Of a stretch of DNA of 36,191 nucleotides, positions 36,072-36,191 are shown one piece after another. Position 1 is the first letter of the stretch. Every line of letters starts with the position of its first letter. Position numbers and translations under genes: made by a program. This DNA is from a virus. Taxonomy: Duplodnaviria > Caudoviricetes. Under the pieces are notes generated by a model, which saw only the letters and a program-made list of their open reading frames with translations, was not told the DNA's origin and searched no databases. The DNA is taken from positions 1 to 36,191 of IMG/VR virus record IMGVR_UViG_3300012942_000088; one strand, 5' to 3'.

Positions 36072-36149
36072 CCGATTGCATTGCAATATGCGCAACACTC
36101 TTGCACTTCTCGCCCCACATTGCCCCGATTTGACCCTCTTCACCCCGCT

Positions 36150-36191
36150 ATTTTCTCAATCCTTTCTCTGTGAATATCTCAGGCGGGAACA
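36150..36191 (-). repeat. Phage end (early side) with putative transposase-binding motifs
   Basis: Reading inward: TGT, TGAGATA (offset 11), AGAGAAA (offset 23), TGAGAAA (offset 34). Confidence 0.75.

Larger units (their letters stand above)
1..36191. mobile_element. Complete Mu-like transposable prophage (B3/BcepMu-like gene order, siphovirus-type tail)
   Basis: TG...CA termini; DDE transposase, AAA ATPase, Mor and GemA; Mu gp26-gp29, F, G, I and gp36-like genes; tail tube and tape measure but no sheath gene. Confidence 0.95.

Overview
The window looks like one complete Mu-like transposable (pro)phage genome with a B3/BcepMu-type layout. It begins TGT and ends ACA, with matching heptamer motifs at the same offsets from both ends. 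The + strand early operon (26.1-36.1 kb) encodes a BcepMu gp16-like HTH protein, a DUF3102 protein, a DDE transposase, an ExeA/MuB-like ATPase, DUF3164, GemA and Mor. The - strand carries the repressor and three accessory genes, then lysis, packaging, head and non-contractile tail genes, and ends in an Mtd_N-type receptor-binding protein. No gin invertase, mom/com, methylase, reverse transcriptase, tRNA or CRISPR is visible. The most notable signal is a MuF head protein with a C-terminal PBECR-like RNase domain and no immunity ORF. Instead it is followed by an antisense small structured RNA with its own extended -10 and U-tract, a candidate RNA antitoxin. Other observations are repeat-flanked lipoprotein morons behind the repressor, an antisense zinc-ribbon membrane moron beside the tape measure gene, twin late-promoter boxes, and a structured lysis leader. 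The high GC and gene set suggest a proteobacterial, possibly Xanthomonadales-like, host (inference). All family assignments come from motif recognition and synteny; no database searches were run.
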